A DNA stretch of 64,000 bases, taken from NCBI GenBank assembly GCA_965285935.1, contig OZ260664.1:46314001-46378000 (forward strand), read 5' to 3'. Shown piece by piece: positions 27,511 to 39,110 of this stretch. Under the pieces are notes generated by a model. It worked only from the letters and a program-made list of their open reading frames with translations, was not told the DNA's origin and ran no database searches. The position numbers were made by a program, and so were the translations under genes. Positions within the stretch are counted from its first letter, which is position 1, and each line of letters opens with the position of its first letter. Source of the stretch: Ophelia neglecta. Lineage: Eukaryota.

Positions 27511-28562
27511 TAGGCCTACACATATCTTGCAGAATTAAGCCTGCAGACTTTAAAAAGAGTTAAATTGCATGACATCATTGGAGTTTTTTAATCTCCGTTG
27601 TACATTTGACATTCCTATCTTAATGTAACTGTTAATCCATCAGAACATATGGAAGTTTTAACAAAGTTATTAAAAATTTAACTAAGCTTACATTTTAGCC
27701 AAATTGCAATTGGATACAATCAAAATTTTAAGTTGATTTACAAGTGTATTTACAAATTAGATACACAATTTTGGAGATTAATATCTTTGTACATTGAAGG
27801 GTTTTCAAGGATGGTTTATGGAATGCAGTACATGTAGGTCACAGTAACCTACTTTATTAAAAGAAAAACAGTTAACGAAAAATGCAGTACAATGGTTGAC
27901 ATGTGGCTACAGAGAAACAATTTTGAATAAGCATCAGATTTGGACTTGAATTTTTGGGTTTAGCAACATATAAACACCATTCGAGCCATTAAGTGTCTTA
28001 AAATTGGGTATAATTCATGCCAGCACCAGAACCATGTCCAGCTGCATCAACATGTAGTATTGGTAATAGTAATAGATAATTGTACCTTATTGTTTAAAAC
28101 ATTCTAGGTGTATGGATCAGAGATATTTGCTCTGATAAAAAATGAATTACTTAGGGTTCATAAAAAGTTTAATGGTCAATAAATAGATAAGAAGGGGTTT
28201 TTGAAACTCAACTTTAATAATCGCTATCACACTTTAAATCTACTACATTTTTAAGTAGAGATCTATAGCTCTCAAGTTTTGAATGGTCTGTTGTGGACAG
28301 ACACTTTCAAACAGAGTGATAAAGTTATCAACATTATGAAAACGGTTTCTAGTTTCCATGAAACCGCAGAACTTCAACAGAATATTTTGGATAGTGATCT
28401 GGCACTGACAGCCGTCACAGAATGATGGGTCCTTTCTCATCAGAAGATAAGAGGGTGTAAAATAAGAGTGGCCAATTTGCAGGCAGGATATAATTGAGTC
28501 ATCTCTCCGTGAAGCGAGAGAATGTCTAAAACATTTTGGTAAAGTGGGGCTGATCGAGTGTA

Positions 28563-29683
28563 CAGTAAAACTTGTCTAATCCGACCACCCAAGGGACCGA
28601 CCAAAAGTGGTCTACATAGACAAGTGGTCTGTTTAGACAATTTGACATCTGATGGTTTCAAAAAGCCTTATAAGTTCAATAAATGTACATGTGATTTGTG
28701 CTTGCAGTGACTTTTTTTTTCAACTTAACTATACCAGAATTTTTTTGTCGGTATAGGGCCTAAGTGGAAGTAAATAAAATCTAACCTAATCCTTAATTTA
28801 ACAATTTATTCTTATATAATATCTATTTACAAGATCATGCAATGGAAAAATGTAAGTCCGAGGCGACACCAAACATATTGGCTAGTTCTCTGCCGAACTT
28901 CTCGCTCTCGCGGGTGACCTTTAACCTTATCCTCAGGACACAGTTCTGTTAGCAGCCATGATTGTTTTCGTAGCTCTGAGATAAACGATTGTTCGGAAAG
29001 CGAAGAAATTTGTCTAAAATTATATGTAGCATGGTCAAACTCTGAGAGATTAGTGAAAAAATCCTCCAATCACCCTGATTTTTATTACAAAAAGCAGTGA
29101 CACGACAACTCATGGCTGCCTGATCAAATCATGTCAGCTGAAAGTGCGAAACTGTGTCCAATTGAAGACTAACTCTGTCTGTGGTAAATAAGGCGCAAGA
29201 GAACAATAAGTTGCCGGTTGCGATATAAACAAAAATAAAATGTTCGCCATAAAAAAAACTCTTCAAATTGCTTCAAAACCAATAGGCATACACATTTATC
29301 GTGTGATGTGCGCGCGGTACATCCAATCAAAGGCGGACGGACTGCCACAATCAAGTGTGATAGATACTGCCTGGCGAGGTGCGACCAAAATCGCACTAAA
29401 CACACAAACTGACCCATCATAAGTGCAATTATGCCGTAATAAACAAACTTTTGGGTTGTGAATTGTGCCCTTGGAAGCCTTCGGTACTAATGGACTGGTC
29501 GCGTTACACAAAGAAACCATGGTCTTGGGACCAAATTTGGCGGTCAGAATACGCATTAGACAAGTGGTCGGCTTACACAAATGGTCGCATCATGCACTGT
29601 AAATTTTGAAGGGACCGAAATTTGGTGGTCGACTTAGGCAAATGGTCGGCTTAGACAAGCGGTCGGAAGACCAAGTTTCACTG
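28563..29683. mobile_element. Non-autonomous Tc1/mariner-pogo-type DNA transposon (about 1.1 kb)
   Basis: TIRs CAGTAAAACTTG / CAAGTTTCACTG (11/12 match); TA duplicated at 28561-28562 and 29684-29685; subterminal AGACAAGTGGTC-type repeats at both ends; removing it restores the LINE frame NKL-HSISP. Confidence 0.88.
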
Positions 29684-30055
29684 TAGTTTGTTGTCTGTGG
29701 CCTGAACCGAGCATGTCTGCCTTAGTTTCCAAATATACTCCTTGATGGGGCTTATATAGTCAGAGAATGGAATTTTGACTGGGAAAATGTTCCAGGGCCT
29801 CTTTTGCACCATTGCGGGCAGCCTTGCTGGCTTTGATGCCTATATGTCTTGGCACCCAAAAGAAGGACAAAGTTTTACCTCGCTTAAGGATTTTGTTATA
29901 GTCACCCTCCTGGAGAGAATCAAAGGGTTTGACAGTATGAACCCTTCCTGAGTCTGGAGGGAGGACATAGTGTATGTAGCCATAACAAATCTTCTGTCAT
30001 GGGACTGGCTGGCCTAGTCTAGAGCCAGATCAACTGCAGTAATTTCAGCTGTATA

Positions 30056-30485
30056 GGTCCTGTTCGATATACAACTCTAGTCAATGCGAGTAGAGTTCAC
30101 AGGGGGTCACAGCGCATGCCCTGTAGTTTGTTTAAAGAAACGTGAAGAGGGATGAACGGGGAAATTGTATGTACAAATAATACGAAGAAACAGGAGATAA
30201 AATATGTGATTAGTCGGCCTAGATCACTTAAAATAAGTTTCTCAGTACTGCTAATGTTCATATGGCCACTAGGCGATGATGAAGAAGTTTTGATTGATTT
30301 AGTGTGTTCTGCAGATTTGAAAATCCTGATTTTTGATTGGTTGAGACTTGCCACTCTCCTAAGCTCCCTAAAATATGGGGAGCACGCTCTTGACCTAAAT
30401 CCAACAACACTGGTCGCAACTCTTGTCGTTTTATTTGTGTCGAGTCGGAACTCTAGTCGACTAGAGTTGTTAATCAAACGCGACC
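30056..30485. mobile_element. 430-bp MITE with GG termini and 3-bp TSD (PIF/Harbinger-like)
   Basis: 27-bp imperfect TIRs GGTCCTGTTCGATATACAACTCTAGTC vs reverse complement GGTCGCGTTTGATTAACAACTCTAGTC; ATA duplicated on both sides; removing it restores RNase H SSIYTAE. The superfamily call is inferred from TSD length and termini. Confidence 0.8.
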
Positions 30486-33400
30486 ATATATAGAACTATG
30501 CACAGGAAGGCACAACCTGAAGGTGAAGGGTGGCTTGACAGCTGGCGCTGCCACTTTCTCTTCATGGTTTAACCGATTATATAAAGATATGACCTTGGTA
30601 AATTTCATTTTTAATTTGCTTGAAACGAGTACAGTACACCAAAAGAAACATGGTATCTTTACTGCCAGTGATCATGTGCCAATCCACCAGCAATGGTGTA
30701 TTATGTCCATGGTGGGGTTTTGGAAGCTTCTAGTCAGCAATCCTTCGGAGTTGCTGGATTCAAACACCAGTCAGAGGAACGGTGCTTTTGGCAGCAAATA
30801 ATTCAGGCTTGGGAGGGTCAAAGACACTAAAGAAGGCATATTGCAGCCCTAGGCTCAATCTTTTTAGATTAAGAGAAGGCATGCATGCCTCCACCTCCAG
30901 GCAGTCCTTTGGAGATGTGCGATATGCTCTTAAGCATATGCAAAGGGCCTGATTCTGACCAGGAACTAGAATTTTTTGTTTGTTTTTTTGGCATCTCTGT
31001 CTCAAGTATTTGATATTGGGGAGAAAATTTAAGTCTGTTTTCATAGGATTTTGAAATTGTCTAAAGTGGCCTGAATAGGTCGATGTCTAAACCATCTGAG
31101 GGTCTTTTGTCTATCTTTTATGGCTTTAAGGCCAATGACTAATACAAGTAATAGGGAGAGTGAGTAGTATACTGACAGAAAGCAGCCCATAGTGTTCTAT
31201 ATTAACAACTGGAGAATAAATACATGTACATAGGTAGGTAGAAGTGGAAAACTAAGAGACAGACTGTTACCATTTCCTCTATTTGAAATTGTCTATTTAT
31301 TCACTGCTGAATCATTGCATTTATGTTCAACTACTTATCTGTTTGGATCTGTGAGTAGCAGTGGGTTTCAGACAACTTTCTGCTGACCTATTCATCACAA
31401 TTTAAATACTGTGCATGCATTTTGCACATGCACATAACCTACATGTAGTTATAAAAGCATAAATTGTGCTGAACATGTGTAAATGCATTGCAGATATTTG
31501 GGAATCATTGCAAATAATCATGTGCCTTTCTTTGCTGAATACTACTAGAATAGAGGACTCAAAATCAAAGGTACATACAGAATACCAGTAGTAAATGGCT
31601 TGTTAAAAATGTCTCCATATTCCCTGCACAGCTACACTCCTTCCATTTAATATGAATTGGAAGTTCAACTATCTACAGTTTAATAGTAAATTAATGGGTC
31701 CATCTTCCTACCTTTTAATACCATTCAAATGCAATTAGTTCAATGTAATATTCAACAAGAGGAACATTCTAATTCAGGATGCTACTCACATTAAATGGGC
31801 CTTCATTCTAGTATTAAGCTGAGGTGTTCAAGATAAAATAATTACTCTTCCTCAAAATATTGCTTAATTTTATATTGCATGGATAAAGGTTATTTCTATT
31901 TTACAGCTATGGATTTCCATCAGAGGAAGCCTGCTACTGCCAGTACAATTGAGATTATTTTACGTATAAAAAGATTAACTCAGAAATTAAAACACTGTTT
32001 CATTTACCAGTTCAGAGCAATAAAATGTTAGCAACTGTACATGCAGAATGTTATATCTAATGACAAGGAAATGTCTCCAACAATTCATCGTTATTAAAAC
32101 CTACAATTGAGATTACAATAGAGCTAGTCACTGGTAGAATGGAATGAAAAAAGTCTAACTAACCTTTCCCAAATTCTAAAATCATATCCTTTTCTGAAAA
32201 TGATAGATAATCAAGGGAAAGGTCATGTAAGGTTGTTTATCCTGCCACCAGCACCTATACAGCAAGCCACCACTCTGTGCGTTATCTCAAATTCACGATA
32301 AAAACTGGGCCTAACTTTACAACAGCACCAACAACCATCTTTTGTAGACCTGACACCTGAGCACCTCCCCTCCTAAGTATCTCTCTATGGCTGATTTTAA
32401 CCTCTGGCACTTTTATAATGATGGGGCAGCTCCCTCATAAAAATCACATCAAACCTCACAATCTTGATTTCTTTCATTGAAACCCTGACAACATGATCAG
32501 CACTGCATTTTTCCAAACCATTTCCCATAATTACATTCCAGGTGCTATCACATAATAAAATCTTTACAATTAAGTAGAAAATGTTCTTTAAGATGTTCAC
32601 CCCCCAAAAGGAAATGTTCTTCCTTCTTACACTGTATTGTAATCTCCTGAGAAGTTTCTAGTCAGTGTATTGAACTCAACTGATTTTCTTCATTTTTAAT
32701 CACCAATGGTGGATTGTGTTACACTATAATATCACCTTCATGAAAGAGGGACACATCAGAGGAAAGAAATTAAAGTCCTAGTTAACATTCAAATTAATCT
32801 ATAGGGGTGATATGTATTTCTGTGTCAATCCGACTGATTAAAGCTTGGAAGAAATTAAGCTAAAAGGGCAGTGTAAATAAACTGCCTGTGGACCTTCAGA
32901 AAATGTGCTTGTTTGATTATAATATATGTGCCTTAACCGAAAAAACTCTGGAAAAAAATGCAACCATTAGAAAACAGTCTGATGTTTTCTGGATCATAAA
33001 TTCCAAATCACTTGTGTTTTTTCCTTGGTCTAGTTTATTGCAATGCACATTTAAGTGGTTAAAGCATCACTGCTGTCATCCCAACCAATTACTCCCCAAA
33101 ACCCCCCACTGGTGGAGACAGCAGATTTTCCATGGGACATTTAACCACAATTCGCCTCTGGCAAGGCACTGACTGCTACTTGAAGAACCACACCACTTGT
33201 CTGGTCATCAAATTGTGTAAGGAGGAGGGCGTCCAAGTGGTGATAGAGGGAGGGCATAAGAATCTTTGAACCCTGCACCAGACCCCCCATCAGGCCAATT
33301 GAAAATGGTGAATGTTTGCTGACTGCCTAGGGTTTACTAACTAGTGTTATATAGCCACTAACTAGCATTATATAGGCAATGGTAGTAAAAAGAGAATAGT

Positions 33401-33889
33401 GTATGGGATAAACAGGTGTACAGGTGCACACTATGACACTTCACGTCATGATTTCAGTACATTACAGTTACTCTACTGGCCCTTCCACAATCAACACAAT
33501 TTCTCTGGTTATAACTGCTTCTCACTGTACATAATACCACTTTTCGATCCAAATAAAGTAATCCTAACATTGCTAAATTATTCAAAGAAGCATAAATCCA
33601 GTAAAAAGTCTAGACCTACACATGTGACATGCCTATCAAAACACTTTAGTCCGACTCCATCAAGGAAAGTTATACTGTTCATTTCTTTACCCATTTTGAG
33701 ACAATGAATGATTTCAGTTAATTATGTTTGCAGGTTTTCAGGTTGTAGATGTCCTATAGCCAGACCTGTAATAAAGATTCAAGCCCCAGATCCTAGACGA
33801 GATACAGTGCATACTACACTTCTGAAGGAGAAATTGCTTCTACCCGGTATTCAAACTGATGCTTTAATTGTTACAATCCATTTGTAATC

Positions 33890-34390
33890 ATTGTGTGAGA
33901 AGGTCCTTAGTGAGAGTTATTGAATGTCCCACTCCACCAGTGGACAGAGAATTTTCTAGTGAAAGGTATTTCTACTGAACAAGTGGATAGACAATTTCCT
34001 AGACTGTGGAAGACAATTAAAAGAGAATGATCCAGTTTGATAGAGCAATTAAAGTAAGAGGTGTATCTCAGTCAGTGAGAAGACATTCCAAGGGAGCGAG
34101 GAGATTATCACAGTGAGAGATAATATCTCAGTAAGAGAAGAAATAATGTCCAAAAGACAATGTCCCAATGAGAGAGAAAAATGTACCAGTGAGATAGTGT
34201 CCAAGGGGAAAAATAATAATGTTCCAGTCAGAATTTACCGGTGATAGATTATTTTCCAGGAGAAGACATCCAAGTCAGGGAAAAGAAATAATTTCCCAGT
34301 GAGAATGTTCCACTATGTGAAAAGAATGACTCAGTGAGTAATAAGAATGATCCAGCAAGTAAGTAGGATGGCCCAGTGAGAAAGTAGGGT
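33890..34390. repeat. Highly degenerate purine-rich minisatellite
   Basis: Recurring CCAGTGAGA(GA)...ATAATGT core about every 18-25 bp. Confidence 0.6.
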
Positions 34391-37300
34391 GATCGCACAC
34401 ACATGGGGGGGGGGGGTGACAAGATCCCTGCTTACCCCGCTTCCTTCTTAATACAGGCATAATGAGACTGCAAGATTCACACACAATTCACATCCAAGGC
34501 AGCTTAAAGTAGACAATCACCTAGATGTGAATGTATGTCTTTTGGAAGTCAAATATTTCTGGCCCAAACTGCAAATAATCAAAAGTTAAATGATTTACTA
34601 GCCCAGACAATATAGGTGAGATGATAACTGTCCTTCCCTGTGGTTGTTCAAATCTCTGTGTTCTTCTACTGGCTTAAATAACATTAATTTTGTTATGAGA
34701 CCAGAGAGTTTCCTAGGTCTCTGTCAGGTCAGATTTGACTACTGGGGCTCTGGCATTAAGTTTCTCGAATGCAAAGATATACATGTATGTCTTTTTGGGG
34801 GCCAGTTGTAGCAAAGTAGTAAATGAGTAGTACAGCAAGCACCCTGTGACCCCCTCCGCCCTCTGTGATCATGCTACAGTTGCCATGACCTGCTCATACA
34901 TCTCTGTTACATGAATACAGTAATTTCAAGATTGGCGTTTAGAGAGAACACCGTAGAGGCTTACAATGTCAGACTAACAAAGACATGTAATCCAGAAGGC
35001 AGACATAAAGCCTCACAAATCATATTGTTGAAAGTGGCTAAGAATGTCAAGAGTACAGGATTAATTGCTGACCAAAAATGTTCCAGTGTGTATTTACTAA
35101 GGATAAAAATATACCTAAAAGTAGTAAATATGTAGTATTTAACATAACATACATGAGATAGTAGTCTGTCCAAAATACTACTTACATAAATATAGATGCA
35201 GTTGTTAAGATGTGATAAGACAAAAACGAATTAACTTCTGAATGCATAAGCCCTGCTGGGAGGAAGGAACACAATCAATAACTATACTACTAAGATAATT
35301 CATGTATATAATAGGAACTTAAAAATCGCCTAAGAATCATAAAAATAATGTATAGTTTCCATGGCAAAACTTAACAACACATTTTACAGTTATGCTAAAT
35401 GCACATGTAATTCCCGGCATGTACAAGTACAGGTATTACTTATGAAAGTATCACAATACTTTAATCAAACTGTGTAAAATTCATGTAGTAATTTGGAAAT
35501 TTCAGACACAGGGAGTTGCTTGCACCTGTAATTATGTGATTTCATAAATATATCTCTAAGTGCCAGACTAGCAAACCATGTAATTTAATTATCAGATTTT
35601 CTGGATTAACAAGCTCACAAATTGAACTAGATTCCAGTTACCTCATATATTTAAGTACCAAACTCCAAGTCCCCCAACAGCCTTAAGGTTAATTATGGAG
35701 AATTAAGCATGACATTCTTCATCTTAGCCCTGGACAATGCTACCACATGAGGGGCAACGCCATTCAGGAGATGTGTTAAATATCTCTAATTGTGGAAAAT
35801 TGTCCCAGTGTGCTCGCATCTGTCAGACAAATCAGTTCTTGACGGTGGGAGGGTACGGTCGCACCCAGGGAGCCAAAGTAGGCTACTTCTCATCTTCCCA
35901 AGGCATAGAAACAGATTTTAATTCCAATGTGAGCTAAGAATGCCCATGAACTGTATTATGTAATTGCAATTTTCTATGTTGTAACTGACACCTTCTCTCT
36001 CTAATAGCCCTTTATGAAGGTTATAACACAGCTATAGCATGACATTGTGTAGTTGATAGGACAAGTTGCTGTGGTCTAAGTGGATCCCCTAGTGTAATTA
36101 AATGATGGTCACCTTGGCCCAAGACAGAAATTCAATCCAAACTGGCTGTCGCAAAGGGCAGAATTGTATGTATCCACTACAAGCAATCAAGTGTAAAAAA
36201 AAGTTTTGATTGATACTTTGTGACTGGGATGACAGCAAAGAGAAGATGAACAAGTAGTATGACAACAAATTTTCCACTTGATGCTTGAAATGTTTTCAAT
36301 ACAAAGAGTCAACTATTCTAAAGCCAGAAATATCAAAAAAGTTTCATCAACATGAACATCTTTAGTAAAATATGGAATGCAATGGCACGTCTAAAGTTGC
36401 TAAAAGACAGTAGACATCCATTTTGTTAAATACCCTGATATACTACTACAGCTTTATTGTGACTGTTAACATATAACTTAGGATTAAAGTGTCCGTAATA
36501 TGCCTTTTGTTTTTGGCCAGCAGGGAGCCTACACACATAACAAGAAAGTATAAATATCAACGATAAGTTTTATGTATGAAAGCCAAACTTATTAAGCCCA
36601 GGATTCCCATTCATTAGCGGGTAGTGGCTGATTGTTTATTGTAATAAAGCAGTGGTCCTGAAATGATCTTTAAGCTTCTCTTGATGCCCAGATTATACAT
36701 TAGGTATGAACAGTATATTGTCAGGCTGTTTATAGATATGAAAGGAAATACAATTGATGCACTCTTGTATTTTCACTTCATCACATTTGAAATGCCAGTT
36801 TTGTAGGCTTAAATAATGGGCTGTTCCATTTAAAGTTAGCAAGGAAAAGTTTTTTTTTTGTTTGCCTGCACTGTCAATGGGCAACAGAGAATTGTATGGA
36901 ACTTAATATGATGTGGCAAAGAAGTTGGTGAGTGGTCAACAAACCACAACATTCATTTATTAAAGGTACCAGTGTAATGCTATTTCTGCGATATCAACAT
37001 TAGTCAGTATGCATTATTCTGTTTTTGTAATCATCAGTTAACGAAAGCATTTTAAAAGTGCATTGTTCTATAATTTCCTGTTAACTTAATTAAGACAGTA
37101 ATTATTGAATGTTAGAACATACATATATCATATCTATTGCCAGAGATCAATTCCATTTTCCACCATCAATGAAGCTTTTACATGGACGAAAAAAATTATT
37201 GACTTTATTCTGAGGCATAACTCTCAAATTACATTAGAGCATTTTGGTTTCTCTTTAATCAAATTTGAATAATAAATTTACCCTAATTAGATTGTTACAT

Positions 37301-37997
37301 GAAAAAAATAATAATAATAATTGTTTAAATACAAAATAATATAATATTATAATACATATTCAGTATATACAGCCATGTTCCTGGTAGGGATAGTGTGCAC
37401 TTTCTGAAGTAACAATAAGTTAGCTGGAATAATTTAGAGGCTAAAAGAACCAAAACAAGAATGGGCTAGCTTCTCAATTGTAGCTTTGCCTAGTTTGAAT
37501 ATTTTACAAAACATTGTTTGTGATTTATAAGCTAGTCATGAACTTCATAGCCATTGTTGTGGATTTCAAGTACACCAGCTAACTGCAATGAAGACTTACC
37601 TCCAGTATAGTCTGTCTGTTTACCTCTTTTAACTCTTGTTAGGAGATAATTAAATTATTAGTTCTCCTTTCTTAATTATAAAACTCAACTGTTTAAAGTG
37701 TCAGAACAAAAGAATAAATAACACAGAAGTCTGAGTTAGTGAAACTGTTATCTTACTGTACAACATATCATTAAAGAAACAGAATAAAAATCAATATGCT
37801 TTAATGTCAACTTATCTATCATGCCTGTTTACTAAAAAAAAAGTCATTTCTTCTTGAATAAGTAATTGCTTACCAGTGTTTTTTCAGGCCGAAGGCTTAG
37901 GTTCATACGGTTAATACATACATATTTCATTGATCCAGCAATTCTAGTCTGAATTTGTGCACACCATAGCCCGTAGTTAGTTTTTGCTTGAAAAAAA

Positions 37998-38680
37998 CTA
38001 GACATGAATTTCATGAATAATTTTCTTTGGGCTTTTACTTTTTTGTTGCTGAGTTTTGGCTGGGACATCACTCAGGATTGGGTAAGTCTTGAGATGTTGC
38101 TCAGAATTGTAGAGATTATCACAGTTATAATTGTTCTGCTGATAAAATGTCTCAGTTGGAATACTGTTTGTCCTCTGGCAATGTTTATTAGTCTGGTGGG
38201 TACTATCAGATTCTGGATAGATATTATAATACTGATTGTCACCAGGAATCAAATAGTTGGTTTTAGTTTTTCCTTCATGAAAGCTATGGCTGTATTTTCT
38301 TTGCCTCCAATGCTCTAACTGTAGGCTGATATTAGGTCTTGTCTCCGACACTGACCTGAACAGTTCTTTTCGTATTTGAACCTCATCTAAATTCATGTAG
38401 TATGGATTACTGTCAGTTTTGCCATGATGGCCAGGTATGTTTTCCCCTGGGAATGAAGGGCGTTTACAGTTTTTTAAATACTCCTCTTTGGCGACTTGTT
38501 TGGCGACCTGTTTGGTGACTTTTTCGGTGATGTGTGGCTGCAGTGACAGGGCCTTCTCTGCCTGACTGTAGCTGAGGCTTCTCCTGGCTGAGACAGAGGA
38601 GGAGGGGGACTGCATACTCCTGACATATGAGTCTGTCCTCCAGTTATCACTGGGCTTGTTCTTGTCAGAGTGAGTATAAT
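37998..38680 (-). CDS. Protocadherin B, terminal cytoplasmic exon
   Basis: Acceptor TTTGTATCTTATTCAG|; the phase-1 join gives D-YTHSDKNKPSDNWRTDSYVRS, in frame with ORF 37998..38615 (MQSPSS...IIHEIHV*). Confidence 0.85.
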
Positions 38681-38914
38681 CTGAATAAGATACAAATTAA
38701 ACAAATTAATTCTCTTGTGAAATTAACATTGGAGTATCATAATTATAAACTGCAATAATAACACACATGCTAGGAAATGTAACATTTTTTCATGATGTAA
38801 AGAAAAAAATGCAAATTCATGTAAATGAACAGTACTTCACAAATAAATAAACAAACATGCATATTCATATACTGTATATTTAATTTTGTTAGTATGTATT
38901 CTATGCTTTCTTAC

Positions 38915-39110
38915 CTTCAGGGCTGTCTTCCTGCTGGAGGCCGTATGCTGTGACCCTGATACTGGACACCCACTCCTTCCTGGCTTCTGTCTTCTGCTCA
39001 GGGCGTTGAGTGGGCCCTTGACCACTGTCCATGCCAGTAGAGCCATTGGACAGGTCAGCTGAGCAGCCACTGTCTGAGTCCTTGTCCAGGTGACCAAAGC
39101 CAGTGGCAGT
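38915..39110 (-). CDS. Protocadherin B, cytoplasmic exon 2 (DSDSG motif exon)
   Basis: Acceptor TCTTTCATTTCTCCCTGCAG|, donor GAAG|GTAAGA; 196 nt (65 codons + 1): TATGFGHLDKDSDSGCSADLSNGSTGMDSGQGPTQRPEQKTEARKEWVSSIRVTAYGLQQEDSPE. The ORF track shows a different frame here. Confidence 0.9.

Larger units (their letters stand above)
28243..30975 (-). mobile_element. Decayed, 5'-truncated non-LTR retrotransposon with RNase H (I-group like), interrupted by two MITEs
   Basis: Hand translation, in order: QNQALCICLRAYRTSPKDCLEVEA (post-RT); PPW; SSIY|TAEITAVDLAL and FFWVPRHIGIKASKAARNGAKEAL (RNase H); KIPFSDY...NKL|HSISP; CLQIGHSYFTPSYLL; degenerate zinc knuckle CDGCQCQITIQNILLKFC; end LRAIDLYLKM*. 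Contains stops and frameshifts. Confidence 0.88.

Noticed and set aside
30097-30493. 126-aa and 113-aa ORFs as genes
   Set aside because: They lie within the 430-bp MITE and show no transposase motifs.
9500-37900. Additional cadherin variable exons or DSDSG exons in the 28-kb A-B gap
   Set aside because: No long ORF or cadherin motifs seen; the short ORFs look random or transposon-derived. A heavily decayed pseudo-exon cannot be excluded without tBLASTn.
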